Assembly (NCBI GenBank): GCA_965219995.1
Contig: CBDCOX010000002.1
Coordinates: 2,240,001-2,304,000 of the forward strand
From: Candidatus Latescibacterota bacterium
GTDB taxonomy: Bacteria > Latescibacterota > UBA2968 > GCA-2709665
Direction: 5' to 3'
Length of the DNA: 64,000 bases
Shown: positions 10,180 to 23,939 of the stretch, in pieces
Numbering within the stretch: the stretch's first letter is position 1
Layout: the number at the start of each line of letters is the position of its first letter
The notes under the pieces: model-generated
Told to the model about the DNA's origin: nothing
Databases searched by the model: none
Seen by the model: the letters and a program-made list of their open reading frames with translations, nothing else
Made by a program: the position numbers and the translations under genes

Positions 10180-11070
10180 CTAGAAATCACACATTGAATC
10201 ACGCACTTTGTTCGAATCACCTACTCGATTGCCACTTCTGAGTATCATAGATCTGCATCTGTTTCCTGGCGCCCTCCATGACGTAAAAACCAACCATCTG
10301 CCCTCTTGTTTCCCTGCCACATATTCTCCACGTTCTTTGTCTCCGTTATCCCACGTCGTGACCCAAACCCCGTGGCGCTTCCCATCCATGAAGGGGCCTT
10401 CCGACGTGTAGCCGCTGCCTCGCCCGACCCACTGACCTTGCTTCTTGCCTTTCTGAAGGTGACCCGTCTGGGAGTACGTTTCGTCGCCTCTTGTCCAGAC
10501 CAGCGTTCCCTTACCGTGTGCGACGCTGCCGTAACGGCCGCCTGACCAAGTCACGGTCTGGTCTTCATAGTAATAATCGTCCCAGATATAGCATTGAGGA
10601 AGGTTGGCCAACTCTTTCCAGCAGACGAAACCTTGTGGCTTGCCGGTGCACGTTTCTTCGACTGCAAACCGCGTTTCTTCGACTCTGATTTGCCTTTCTT
10701 CAGCCTCAATCAATAGCGCCAACGCGTCCTTGTAGAACTTGCCCTCTCTCCCGGTTGCAGCCAGATACCTACCGATCGATTCGATAGCGATCCCGGCTGA
10801 ACCGGCTGACAATGCCATTCGCGCATACTTGTAGTGAAATTCATCCGAAAATTTGAAATTGTGCGCCGTCTGAAGGGCGATGATTTCGTCCATCAATTTG
10901 AGGGCGTCCGCGTATTCCTGCTTTTCATGGTGCAATTCCGCCTTTATCAGTTTCTTGTCGGCCATCATCTCCGGTGACAATTCGAATGAAGCCAACACGG
11001 CGGACATAGAGACCATCACGGAAAATCCGGAGAGAAACAGGACTGAAGTGCTTCCCCTTATTCGCGGCAA
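10180..11070 (-). CDS. Secreted helical-domain/Cys-module/MORN-like protein (paralog 4)
   Basis: LSPEMMADKKL, CTGKPQGFVCWKEL; TTG start after GGAGGT; ends DSMCDF like paralog 2 (DSTCDF). Confidence 0.85.
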   Translation of the reverse strand: MPRIRGSTSVLFLSGFSVMVSMSAVLASFELSPEMMADKKLIKAELHHEKQEYADALKLMDEIIALQTAHNFKFSDEFHYKYARMALSAGSAGIAIESIGRYLAATGREGKFYKDALALLIEAEERQIRVEETRFAVEETCTGKPQGFVCWKELANLPQCYIWDDYYYEDQTVTWSGGRYGSVAHGKGTLVWTRGDETYSQTGHLQKGKKQGQWVGRGSGYTSEGPFMDGKRHGVWVTTWDNGDKERGEYVAGKQEGRWLVFTSWRAPGNRCRSMILRSGNRVGDSNKVRDSMCDF

Positions 11071-11096
11071 GATTCACCTCCCTTGAACACATCCAC

Positions 11097-11647
11097 GCGT
11101 GATCATTGCTTGCGTTGAGCCAGTCGAAGTAAGCATGCCTGTATTGAGCTTGCCGATATGTCGAAATGCGCGCGTTCGGACAGCCCGTAAACAAATCGCG
11201 ATCCCTTCGCCGACCCTTCGACCCTTCGACAGGCTCAGGGCAACGCAAGCTCAGGGATCGACTCAGGGCACGGGCAGACAGGAATGTCTGCCCCACCCTC
11301 ACAACGGGTTCGTCAGCGGGACATCCGGGAGAAGGTGTGACGGTTCCATTTCACGTACGATGTTGGATTGACACGTCATTCTATGGGGTCGTGCAGACAC
11401 CCCCCACCGCATCAGCCTTCGCCGACCCTTCGACAAGCTCAGGGAGCGGCTCAGGGCAGGTGAAGCGACAGACGCCCGGACATCAACCGATGCTGCAGTA
11501 GATCCTTCGTCGGCCTGCCTGCCAATGAACCGCCGGCAGGCAGGGCGGCCTCCTCAGGATGACAGTCGTGGCGATTGGCCGGCGTGTCATGCAGAGCGAC
11601 CCGGGCAGACAGGAATGTCTGCTCCACCTTCACAACGGGTTCGTCAG
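11097..11647. repeat. REP/MITE-like mosaic, right copy
   Basis: Repeated cccttcgaca(g/a)gctcaggg units; cgggcagacaggaatgtctgc..acaacgggttcgtcag at 11271-11316 and 11602-11647; segments shared with 3290-3622. Confidence 0.75.
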
Positions 11648-11677
11648 TCTATGGGCAATTCACGGACACGACCCGCG

Positions 11678-12442
11678 TTACCTGTTTCGATTATCGGACG
11701 CCATTGTTTCCTGATACGTTCTCGGTGGAATTCCTTCCAGCAGGCGAAAGGCTTCCGTTAAGCGGCTTTGTGTCTTGAAACCGCATTGGGCGGCGATCGC
11801 GTAAAGGGGTTCGTGTCCGGACCTCATCATTTTCTTGGCTTTTTCTACCCGGTGATACGTACGGCGCCGTCGAAACGTGGTCTTGAAGAATTCACGGAAC
11901 AGTTTGGTCACGTAGCCGGGCGAGATCCGAAAGTGCCTGCAAAGGTCGCCTCGGGAAAGCAAAGGGTTGGAAACGTGCTCCTTCAGGTATGCGTCCAGTC
12001 GGCCCGCGAGCACTTGAGGTGGGGAGTACCGGTTCCTGATCGAATCACGGACCGCTGATACGAGGTCGCCGGCGTCAATCGGCTTGCCGAGGACTGCCTG
12101 CGCGCCTTCCTTCACGGCACGCACCGCGAGCTTCTGGTTGTCGTTCTCAGCCAGAAACACCACTTTCGTTGGGATGTGTCTTCGTCGCGCGGCCCCCAAA
12201 ACCTCCGTACGGTTGAGGTTGGGAAGTGCCGTATTCAAGATGGCAACGTCGAAGGACCGGTTGGAGACGGCATCCAGTGCTTCACGAGCGTCCGTGGCGG
12301 TTTCCACCTGCCATGATTCGGAGTGACTCTGAAGAATGTCCCGGACCATGGCGCCGACGGCGGGGTCCGGGTCGGCAACGAGGATCTCTATACGTCGGTC
12401 TGTGGAGAGTTTCTCTACGATCGAGGTCCGCTCGATTGACAT
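11678..12442 (-). CDS. Response-regulator-like protein, REC + AraC HTH, with an atypical receiver
   Basis: REC fold ILVADPD..FDVAILN..LGKP; C-terminal AraC pattern RVEKAKKMM..IAAQCGF..F...EGIPPRTY. Confidence 0.85.
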   Translation of the reverse strand: MSIERTSIVEKLSTDRRIEILVADPDPAVGAMVRDILQSHSESWQVETATDAREALDAVSNRSFDVAILNTALPNLNRTEVLGAARRRHIPTKVVFLAENDNQKLAVRAVKEGAQAVLGKPIDAGDLVSAVRDSIRNRYSPPQVLAGRLDAYLKEHVSNPLLSRGDLCRHFRISPGYVTKLFREFFKTTFRRRRTYHRVEKAKKMMRSGHEPLYAIAAQCGFKTQSRLTEAFRLLEGIPPRTYQETMASDNRNR

Positions 12443-13034
12443 GTCACACAGGAGTCTCTATATTTGCAGATAGAGAAGGGCGCACTCCGTCTCGCGGTCG
12501 AAAATGGTACACCGGGAAACGCGAAGTCCGTCCCTTCTACGGCAACCGTCGGTTTTCGACTTTAGCGGGTCCGTGAACCGGCGGTTTTTTGCAGTCTGTC
12601 GAGACCTGAACTTTGATCTCGATGCATAATTGCATAAATTATGTTACGTAATATTTAATGCAACCTTATAGTTTTCCGTTTATATCGACTTTTTCCGCAT
12701 ATATACACAAATCTCTACGTTTTTCGCCGAGGCGTCTCAAATAGACGTCCAATATGAAACAAATGCACGGGCCTGTCGCCAATGCGGATCAAGATTGACT
12801 CACTTATCCTGTCTGTCCCGAACAGTCCGTCTGGAGTCCGATTGTCCAATACCCGCAATTGTCCACGGGCTGAGATCGACACCACGCACTTTCCTGTTTT
12901 CCTCCGGTTGCCGGGGACATTTACGCGGCAATCGACGGCGAAACCAGTGCGTTGTGTTCGGCAACCTGCTTTCGTCTGGGAAAAGGCTTCCGCATCTAAC
13001 CGCTCGACGTATCGGGATAAACGATGAGATTAAT

Positions 13035-13051
13035 TGCACAAATTGTGCCAA
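13035..13051 (-). promoter_or_regulatory. Putative sigma54 (-24/-12) promoter facing the REC-AraC gene
   Basis: Minus strand TTGGCACAATTTGTGCA, GG-N10-GC. Confidence 0.55.
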
Positions 13052-13298
13052 TTCTGTTCCCGAAGCCGGCAGGCCAGAATGTAAAGTATTGTTTTAAATG
13101 GAGAAAAAGACGAATTCGGACGCCGTATTCAGACCATGATCCGGTCCTGGAGTGCCGAAGCGGCCCGGATGGAAGACGCTATATCGTCTATAAGGACGAA
13201 ATATCGTCCTTTGATGTCGGAGAAATCCAACCCCTTGAACGAAAGCCCTCCGATTCACAACGGGTGAATTCCTCTACTACATTTGCAGGAATCTTCCA

Positions 13299-16496
<3,198 letters not shown>

Positions 16497-16689
16497 TTGA
16501 CGCTGACGGTTTGCGGTTTGATTTTGATTCAAGCCGACTGCTGAAAACTGACCGCTGATCGCTGCTTTTCCATTGATCGCTTGTCCCGAAACCCGGCGAT
16601 TGATATATTATCCTCCTGCTGTGATCCAATTTGTATGCTAATTCCGTTTTTTTGGATGCAATCCCTATCAACCTTGCGAGCTTTTTGCG

Positions 16690-18423
16690 ATGGATATTGC
16701 CGAAAACAGCCCCGATGCAGTTGAGGCCGAAGTCTCCTCCGATTTTATCCGAGACGCGATTCGGGAGGACCTCGCCGCCGGCCGGTACGAGGGCGTGACG
16801 ACCCGCTTTCCTCCGGAGCCGAACGGGCATCTGCACATCGGCCACGCCAAGGCGATCTGTCTCAATTTCTGGGTTGCCGAGGAATTCGGCGGCGTCTGCA
16901 ATCTCCGCTTTGACGACACCGACCCCACCAAGGAAGAGGCCAGCTACGTCGACGGTATCCAACAGGATATCCGGTGGCTGGGGTTCGACTGGGAGGACCG
17001 GCTCTATTTTGCCTCCGACTATTTTGAGCAACTCTACGAACTCGCCCTCAAATTGATCGAAAAGGGCAAAGCCTACGTGTGTGATTTGAGCACCGAAGAG
17101 ACCCGGACATTCCGGGGCACGGTGACCACGCGGGGAAGAGAAAGCCCGTATCGCGACCGGTCCATCGAAGAGAACCTGGACCTGTTCGCGCGGATGAGGG
17201 CCGGTGAATTTCCCGATGGCGCACGAACACTCAGGGCGAAAATCGATATGGCCTCGCCCAACATGAACATGCGCGATCCGGTGATGTTTCGCATCGTCCG
17301 GGCGTCTCACTACCGCCGGGGAGATGCGTGGTGCATCTATCCGATGTACGATTTTACCCACGGGCAGTCGGACTCGATCGAGGGGGTTTCGCATTCCCTG
17401 TGTTCGCAGGAATTCGAAGACCACCGCCCGCTTTATGACTGGTATATCCGGGAGCTAGGTATTTTTCCTTCGCGGCAGATCGAATTCCCTAAGCTTTTTG
17501 TCACGCATACGGTGGTGGGAAAACGGCATCTGCGTCCGTTGATCGAAAGCGGGCTGCTTGCCGGATGGGACGATCCGAGGCTGATCACGCTGGCGGGATT
17601 GCGCCGCAGGGGCGTGCCCCCTGAAGCGATTCGGGATTTCATCCGTCGCGTGGGAATGTCCAAACGGGATACTACCGCGGAGATCGACCTCCTGGAGTTT
17701 CATATCCGGACGTATCTGAATCGGCATGCGCCCCGCGTGATGGGGGTGATCGATCCGTTGAAGGTGGTAATAGAGAACTACCCGGAGGGCAAGGAGGAAT
17801 CCTTTCAGGCGCAGGTGAATCCCGAAGATTCATCCGCCGGGACGCGCACGGTGCCGTTCTCGCGGGAGATCTACATCGAGCGGGACGACTTCATGGAGGA
17901 TCCGCCGCGCAGGTTCCGCCGGCTGGCGCCGGGGCGGGAGGTGCGGCTGCGGGCGGCGTGTTATATCACCTGCACGGACGTGATAAAGGACGTAGAAGGA
18001 GAGATTGTGGAACTGCGGTGTACGTTCGACCCGGAGAGCCGGGGCGGGTCGACGCCGGACGGCCGAAAGGTCCGGGGTACCATCCACTGGGTGTCCGCCG
18101 CGCACGCGGTTGAGGCGGAGGTACGCCTGTACGATCGGCTGTTCAACGCCGAGAATCCGATGGCGGCGGCCGAAGGCGGGGACATCAGCGAAACGGTGAA
18201 CCCGAACTCCCTGGACGTGCGGCGGAACTGTTTTGTGGAGTCCACGGTCAAGGGGGCTGAACCCGGTCGCCGATATCAGTTCGAACGGTTGGGATACTTC
18301 TGCGTGGACCCCGATTCGACGCCCGGAAAGCCTGTCTTCAATCGGACGATCACGCTGCGCGACTCCTGGGCAAGGATGCAGAAACAGAAGGGGAAATCCG
18401 GCAACGCCCGCCGGGGAGGCTGA
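16690..18423 (+). CDS. glnS: Glutamine--tRNA ligase
   Basis: [50 protein letters not shown]. Confidence 0.95.
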   Translation: MDIAENSPDAVEAEVSSDFIRDAIREDLAAGRYEGVTTRFPPEPNGHLHIGHAKAICLNFWVAEEFGGVCNLRFDDTDPTKEEASYVDGIQQDIRWLGFDWEDRLYFASDYFEQLYELALKLIEKGKAYVCDLSTEETRTFRGTVTTRGRESPYRDRSIEENLDLFARMRAGEFPDGARTLRAKIDMASPNMNMRDPVMFRIVRASHYRRGDAWCIYPMYDFTHGQSDSIEGVSHSLCSQEFEDHRPLYDWYIRELGIFPSRQIEFPKLFVTHTVVGKRHLRPLIESGLLAGWDDPRLITLAGLRRRGVPPEAIRDFIRRVGMSKRDTTAEIDLLEFHIRTYLNRHAPRVMGVIDPLKVVIENYPEGKEESFQAQVNPEDSSAGTRTVPFSREIYIERDDFMEDPPRRFRRLAPGREVRLRAACYITCTDVIKDVEGEIVELRCTFDPESRGGSTPDGRKVRGTIHWVSAAHAVEAEVRLYDRLFNAENPMAAAEGGDISETVNPNSLDVRRNCFVESTVKGAEPGRRYQFERLGYFCVDPDSTPGKPVFNRTITLRDSWARMQKQKGKSGNARRGG

Positions 18424-18560
18424 GGAGCGGTCAGACGGCCCCGGCCAAATGTACGGCTGAATCGACGGATTTCGAGAACCAAACAACGACGCCCATACGG
18501 AAAACTGTATGGGCGTCGTTGTATCGGACACGATTGGCGAAAGGCAGATATACAGGAACC

Positions 18561-18782
18561 TCATTGCTCGGGCAGCTCACCGTTCTTGTCGAAAGGCGGA
18601 GGCGTTTGGAATCGTGTTCCCTTCGCCTTCTCCTCGGCGATCCATCTCTCGACCTGCTGCTGCATTTCCTGACGGCCCTTTTCCAGGCCTTTCTTCAAAT
18701 TTCTCGCCTTCACCCATTCGGTTATTGCGCCCATTGCGTCAATCGCCTCCACAACAAAAGAGGACCGGTTCCTGCTGTACAT
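18561..18782 (-). CDS. Small hypothetical protein (possibly a fragment)
   Basis: Charged helical ORF KKGLEKGRQE..PPP; start uncertain. Confidence 0.35.
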   Translation of the reverse strand: MYSRNRSSFVVEAIDAMGAITEWVKARNLKKGLEKGRQEMQQQVERWIAEEKAKGTRFQTPPPFDKNGELPEQ

Positions 18783-18923
18783 TGACCGACCTGATTCACG
18801 TATCCTTCAAAGAACTAATGATATCCAACAGGACCTCATTTTTCAAGCGATTTTTCTCACTGACGATGCGACTTTTTCAAGGCGGAATCCGGTAAAAGGT
18901 GCCTATATAGGCGTCAATCGGCG

Positions 18924-19586
18924 CTAGCGGGCAAACCTCATACCTATAGCGATGGACATGGTTGCGATACCCATCTGACCAGGATGTGGATCGTGGTTGA
19001 GTTCTGCGATGTTGAGACGCAGTTCTGCGAATATTTCCGGAAGACTCTCGGCAATCTCTGCGCCGAATCCCGCCACGCCCTGGAAAACTGGCCCGAACTC
19101 ACGAGTGGAATTTCCCCCGGTGGGTTTCTCCCATAGACCATAGATCCCGACCCCGGCACCAAGATATGGTACGATCTGAGAATCTGGTAGATAACGATAC
19201 CGGATGAATAACAGAACCGTCCTGAGTATCCTCTCGAATTCTACCGCTTTCGCGTTAGCAGTGCGGGCTTCAGTGGACAAAAGCGCACCAGAGACCCGTT
19301 CTTTGTGAAAGTTGAAAGCACCAAGTCCAACGTCTATGGGATCTTCTCTGAAGAATAAGCTGCCGCCGAACACGACACCCGCCTGTGTCCGGTCAAAGTT
19401 GATGTGCCCCGATGATCCTGAATGCGCCAGCATCGGATCCCAATCGTTGACGAGCCCACTGCTCTGGAATGACCGACTGTCACCCGGTATCCCGTATCCG
19501 ATAGTGAAGCCGACACCCAATTCCTGACCGTATCCAGTACCCCGTGATATCACGAGAATGAACACCAAACCGATTGCGAAACGCAT
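18924..19586 (-). CDS. Small outer-membrane beta-barrel (OmpW/OmpA-membrane-like)
   Basis: Signal peptide, PYLGAGVG motif, C-terminal IGMRF. Confidence 0.8.
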   Translation of the reverse strand: MRFAIGLVFILVISRGTGYGQELGVGFTIGYGIPGDSRSFQSSGLVNDWDPMLAHSGSSGHINFDRTQAGVVFGGSLFFREDPIDVGLGAFNFHKERVSGALLSTEARTANAKAVEFERILRTVLLFIRYRYLPDSQIVPYLGAGVGIYGLWEKPTGGNSTREFGPVFQGVAGFGAEIAESLPEIFAELRLNIAELNHDPHPGQMGIATMSIAIGMRFAR

Positions 19587-19628
19587 CTGGTCCCTCCGTC
19601 TGACGGGAATCCCTCGGCGGTTACACCG

Positions 19629-19645
19629 AGCAAGATCCGGGCCAT
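19629..19645 (-). promoter_or_regulatory. Putative sigma54 promoter of the beta-barrel gene
   Basis: Minus strand ATGGCCCGGATCTTGCT, GG-N10-GC with TTGC, about 45 nt above the start codon. Confidence 0.65.
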
Positions 19646-19932
19646 GAAGGATTGCACTCTGGTGTTCTGTTCCTAGATACGAATAGGACTAAGATCTATA
19701 TTCAATATTACCAGTTATTTTTTTCAATTTGACGTAGCTGTTCAGTCGCCGTCGATCGTCGCTTTAACCGGGTACAAACCGCTATTTTCCGCCCGAACTG
19801 TGAATGCGACCCACGCGTGTGGTGATGGATCGACAGTCGCCGCGGTTTAGTTTTGGGTTGTAAATCCACCAGGGGTCGGTTATTGTAAGACGCCGATACC
19901 GGCTTCAGCGCCATCGGATTGAAGGGAAGACG

Positions 19933-20400
19933 ATGTCCGAAAGGCTGTTCAAACTGAAAGTGATGTGCTCACAGTTGCCGGGACTCCGGTTCGTAGACCC
20001 TTACAAACACAAGCCAAAGGTCAAGGAGCCTGTCTATCTCGGAATCCAGCGCGGGACCGACGTGATCGAACAGGTACCCGCCGACCGGCGCCGGGTGGTG
20101 TTCCGTCCGAAGTTCAGGATCGGAAGGAGACCCGACGGGTCCCCCAATTTCCTGGGACCGTTCGCCCAGGGCAGGCCCCGGGACCGGTTCTTCTATCTTT
20201 CCTGGGGCGTGAAGCGCGAACCGGGACAATTCGCGATGTTCCGCCGGTTGAAGATTCGCCTCACTCACCTGGCGTGGCCGCAGATCGATCGCGCGCTAGA
20301 CTTGGATGAACCGATTGTCGTGAGGCTGAAGTTGACAGACGATGACGGCGGCCCGCTCTGCGGAACGCCGGACGATTCGCGGATCAAGTGGGAATTGTGA
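19933..20400 (+). CDS. DUF5990-family protein
   Basis: LGIQRG..PNFLGPFAQG...RFFYLSWG..MFRRLK..GPLCG. Confidence 0.7.
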   Translation: MSERLFKLKVMCSQLPGLRFVDPYKHKPKVKEPVYLGIQRGTDVIEQVPADRRRVVFRPKFRIGRRPDGSPNFLGPFAQGRPRDRFFYLSWGVKREPGQFAMFRRLKIRLTHLAWPQIDRALDLDEPIVVRLKLTDDDGGPLCGTPDDSRIKWEL

Positions 20401-20420
20401 TCTGCTTGGGAGAAGACAAG

Positions 20421-21086
20421 ATGGCCGTTAAAGCGAAGGAATTGAAATTTCTGGCGACGGAGGAAAAGGGCGAGGTGTCGGCGCTTTACGCGCGGCCGAG
20501 CGGCGTGGATGCGCTGCTGGTGCTGGGCCACGGCGCGGGCACCAATATGCGGCATTCGTTCATGCAGGACCTGAGCGACGCGTTGAACGGCGAGGGCATC
20601 GCCACGTTCCGTTTCAACTATCCCTATTCCGAAAGAGGCGGCGGGATGGACGGAGAGAAGGTACGCCTGGCAACCGTGCGCGCCGCCGTCGCGACCGCAA
20701 TGAAACACGCGAATGGACTCCCGGTCTTCGCCGGCGGGCACTCCATGAGCGGGCGCATGTTATCCATGGCATGCGCGCAAGCGCCGATGGAGGGACTCAT
20801 GGGCATCGTCTTCTTCGCGTTTCCGCTGCATGCGGGCAAGCCGAACGCGGACCGCGCCGGGCATCTGAAGGACGTGCCGGTGCCCATGCTGTTCCTGTCC
20901 GGCCAGCGGGACAAGATGGCGAAAATGGAACTGCTGGAGCCGGTCGTGAGGAAACTGGAACGTGCCACGCTTCACGTTGTGGATACCGCGGATCACGGAT
21001 TCAAGGTACTGAAGCGGCGGAATACCGACGAACCCGTGCTCGAGGAACTGGCCAGGGTGGCCGCAGAGTGGATGCGGAGACCTTGA
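20421..21086 (+). CDS. Alpha/beta hydrolase (KANL3/Tex30-like)
   Basis: LGHGAG, GGHSMSGR nucleophile elbow, SGQRD, ADHGF. Confidence 0.85.
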   Translation: MAVKAKELKFLATEEKGEVSALYARPSGVDALLVLGHGAGTNMRHSFMQDLSDALNGEGIATFRFNYPYSERGGGMDGEKVRLATVRAAVATAMKHANGLPVFAGGHSMSGRMLSMACAQAPMEGLMGIVFFAFPLHAGKPNADRAGHLKDVPVPMLFLSGQRDKMAKMELLEPVVRKLERATLHVVDTADHGFKVLKRRNTDEPVLEELARVAAEWMRRP

Positions 21087-21119
21087 AGAACGCGAAGCCA
21101 CGATAGGAGGGACGTCATA

Positions 21120-21578
21120 ATGAAAGAAAAAGTCAATCTTTCGGAAATCGAAGAACGATCCCATCATTCACCCAAAGGGACGTTCCAGGTGTCGCGAAAG
21201 GACGTGTCCGGATCGCTTGAAACCGGGAACCGGCCGTTCGAAATCGACTGGGTACGTCTGCAGCCGGGGATGACCAACTTTCCCTATCATGCGCACCAGA
21301 TCCAGTGGGAGTTTTACATCGTTGTCAGTGGCCGCGGCGTCGTCAGGCGAAACGACAGCACGTTCGAGGTGGAGACGGGCGACGTGTTCGTTCAACCGCC
21401 GGGGACCGCGCATCACATCCGCAATCCGAGTGAAGACGAAGACCTGATCTACTACGTGATTGCCGACAATCCCGTGTGCGATCCCTGCTATTATCCCGAT
21501 TCGGACAAGTGGGCGATCCGGCCGCCGGGCAAACTGGGGCGTATGACGGACGCGGACTATTACGACGGGGAGGAGTAG
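21120..21578 (+). CDS. Cupin-domain protein
   Basis: YHAH..WEFY..G.G; PPGTAHH; YPDSDK. Confidence 0.85.
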   Translation: MKEKVNLSEIEERSHHSPKGTFQVSRKDVSGSLETGNRPFEIDWVRLQPGMTNFPYHAHQIQWEFYIVVSGRGVVRRNDSTFEVETGDVFVQPPGTAHHIRNPSEDEDLIYYVIADNPVCDPCYYPDSDKWAIRPPGKLGRMTDADYYDGEE

Positions 21579-21635
21579 AAGGCCTGGCGTCCTCCCGCCA
21601 GACTGACGGCAGTTGTTTCGGACGTTTCATGTTGC

Positions 21636-21670
21636 AAAAAAGAGCCCGGCTTTCCCGGCGCTCTTTTTTT
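21636..21670. terminator. Bidirectional intrinsic terminator
   Basis: aaaaaagagcccgg-ctttc-ccggcgctcttttttt hairpin with A and T tracts. Confidence 0.7.
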
Positions 21671-21746
21671 GTCCAATCTTGACAGGGCCATGGGAATGAC
21701 GTATATTTTTTAGAATTTAATACGTCATCCGTGTGAGGAGAACATC

Positions 21747-21977
21747 ATGCAGACCAAACTCACCCTGCGGCTGGACGAGGATCTCATCCAACGCGCCAAA
21801 GCATTCGCCAGGTCCAACGGAAAGTCCGTCTCCCGGATCGTAGCCGACTACTTCGCACTCCTGGGACGTGGACGGGACGGAGTTGAAATCAGCCACGCGG
21901 TCCGCTCCCTGAAAGGCTCGCTGCGTGGCGCCCGGGAGGACGATTACCGAAGGTATCTCGAAGACAAATATCTGTGA
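21747..21977 (+). CDS. RHH antitoxin (DUF6364-like)
   Basis: MQTKLTLRLDEDLIQRAK..GKSVS; overlaps the PIN gene. Confidence 0.8.
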   Translation: MQTKLTLRLDEDLIQRAKAFARSNGKSVSRIVADYFALLGRGRDGVEISHAVRSLKGSLRGAREDDYRRYLEDKYL

Positions 21978-22429
21978 AGATTCTCTTCGATACCAACGTC
22001 GTTCTGGACCTTCTGATGGATCGCGAGCCGTTTTCAGAACCCGCCGCCCGGCTGTTTTCCAGGGTCGACGAGGGCGACCTGTCCGGGTTTATCAGTGCGA
22101 CGACCGTGACAACCATTCACTATCTCGCGCACAGGACGGTTGGAGATCGGCAGGCACGCAGCGAGATACGAAACATGCTGGACCTGTTTGACGTCGCGCC
22201 GGTAAACCAGACTGTGCTTGAGGGAGCTCTCGAATCGAATTTCACGGACTTCGAGGATGCGGTATTGCATCAGGCTGCGCTGAACGTGAATGCGGACGGA
22301 ATCGTCACCCGAAACGCGGGCGATTTCAAACGCGCAGCGATTCCGGTGTTCGCGCCTGAAGAACTGGAACATCTGATGCAGATTACGGACGAGACAGCGT
22401 ACAGCCACGGCCATGACAACGTAGAGTGA
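21974..22429 (+). CDS. PIN-domain toxin
   Basis: ILFDTNVVLD..DFEDA..IVTRN..DF. Confidence 0.9.
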   Translation: MKILFDTNVVLDLLMDREPFSEPAARLFSRVDEGDLSGFISATTVTTIHYLAHRTVGDRQARSEIRNMLDLFDVAPVNQTVLEGALESNFTDFEDAVLHQAALNVNADGIVTRNAGDFKRAAIPVFAPEELEHLMQITDETAYSHGHDNVE

Positions 22430-22457
22430 AATCGCGTTCAAGACACAGTCTGCCGCA

Positions 22458-22491
22458 GAAAGCCCCGGAGAACCGGTTCTCCGGGGCTTTC
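22458..22491. terminator. Palindromic terminator between convergent genes
   Basis: gaaagccccggagaaccggttctccggggctttc is a perfect inverted repeat. Confidence 0.75.
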
Positions 22492-22514
22492 GTCTTGTCA
22501 CGAACGTCGATGGA

Positions 22515-23501
22515 TCAGGGGACGGACGACACAAGATATTCGGGCGGAGATTCACCCACGGAAATAACGGAAAAGTCACGGTCGGCAGGGATAAGAAAGG
22601 TGTCGCCTGTCCCGGCGCGGCAGGCCTCGCCGCCGCCGTGGATTTCGGCGCTGCCGGAAAGGAAGGTGAGCGCGGCCAGCGAGGCGTACGGAGGATGTTC
22701 GGTCCTTATCTTCGACGGATTGAAGCGTTCCAGACGGAAGTGTTCGGACTCGACGAGAACGGTCCCGTCGGAATGCGCCCCAGCCAGCGTTGACACCGCC
22801 GCCGGTTGACGGCGCGGTCCGTCAAAATCGATGACGTCCAGCGCGCTGTCGACGTGCAGTTCCCTCGGCTTTCCGTCTGCCCCGGGGCGGTTGTAGTCGT
22901 AAATGCGGAAGGTGATGTCGCTGGATTGCTGGACCTCGTACACCATGACCCCGGAGCACAGAGCGTGGACGGTCCCTGGCGGGATGTAAACGACGTCGCC
23001 GGGGCGGGCGTCGTAAAATTCGACGGCATCCGAGACGCGGTTGTTGTCGATGGCATCCGCGAACGCGGACCGGTCAACGCCGGGCTTCAGGCCGCACGCG
23101 ATGCGGCCGTTTTCGGAGCGGAGCACGTACCAGGCTTCCATTTTTCCGAAACTTCCAAGCTGCTTCCTCCGGGCGTACGCGTCGTCGGGGTGGACCTGAA
23201 TGGAAAGGTCCTGGTGGGCGTCGAGCAGCTTGACCAGCAGCGGGAACTCGCCGCCGTACCGGTCGAAGATCGCCCCGCCAAGGAGTTCCCGCCCGTACGA
23301 GTCGGCCACGTCGTGAAGGGACCGGCCGGAAAACGGACCGGAAGCAACGAGACTCTCCATGCCCGGGTACGCGGAAACTTCCCAGGATTCTCCGATATTC
23401 CTTCCGCGCGGCAACGCTTTGTTGAACTGGTCCCGCAGCCTGCGGCCGCCCCAGATCATCTCTCTGAAATGCGGTCTCAGCGGCAGTATGGTCGGCAGCA
23501 A
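22515..23501 (-). CDS. manA: Mannose-6-phosphate isomerase, class I
   Basis: IWGG, GESWE, FPLLVKLLDA..LSIQVHP, K.EAWY, GTVHAL, EVQQSSD.TFR.YDY. Confidence 0.88.
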   Translation of the reverse strand: MLPTILPLRPHFREMIWGGRRLRDQFNKALPRGRNIGESWEVSAYPGMESLVASGPFSGRSLHDVADSYGRELLGGAIFDRYGGEFPLLVKLLDAHQDLSIQVHPDDAYARRKQLGSFGKMEAWYVLRSENGRIACGLKPGVDRSAFADAIDNNRVSDAVEFYDARPGDVVYIPPGTVHALCSGVMVYEVQQSSDITFRIYDYNRPGADGKPRELHVDSALDVIDFDGPRRQPAAVSTLAGAHSDGTVLVESEHFRLERFNPSKIRTEHPPYASLAALTFLSGSAEIHGGGEACRAGTGDTFLIPADRDFSVISVGESPPEYLVSSVP

Positions 23502-23704
23502 ACGGATCTCCTATTGGACGGCTCGGTTGAACCTTTATTTGGCTATTTCGTTCAAGATATCCGGTACGCCTCTCGAAGTCAAATGCGGTTCCGACCGGAA
23601 ACCTCTCCCCACGGCCCCAAAAGGCGGGGAGACGTTAGACGGGAGACGTGAGATGATATCAGCGCCATATGGTATTTCTTGTCGTTACGATAACGGTAGA
23701 AAAA

Positions 23705-23721
23705 CTGGCACGGTTAGCGCG
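23705..23721 (+). promoter_or_regulatory. Possible sigma54 promoter upstream of the hydrolase operon
   Basis: CTGGCACGGTTAGCGCG, GG-N10-GC; good -24 box, non-consensus -12 box. Confidence 0.35.
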
Positions 23722-23939
23722 AAAACACTGTGGTAACGTTTTCCTCTACCGTCTACCCTCTTACGTCTCACCGCTTTCCTCTGCCTGCGTACCGCTATTC
23801 CGCTTGCGGCGCATTGGCTCAGGCATTAGGTTAACAGTCCGTTGAGAAAATCTGCAGGATCCGGCAAACAACGGCTTCCTGAAGCGAGGCCGCCGGCCTG
23901 TTTCCGGACCTGACATCTTACGATTGCGAAAGGCTGGAT

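Noticed and set aside
4021-11070. Diversity-generating retroelement acting on the MORN paralogs
   Set aside because: No reverse transcriptase in the window and no adenine-specific template/variable pair seen.
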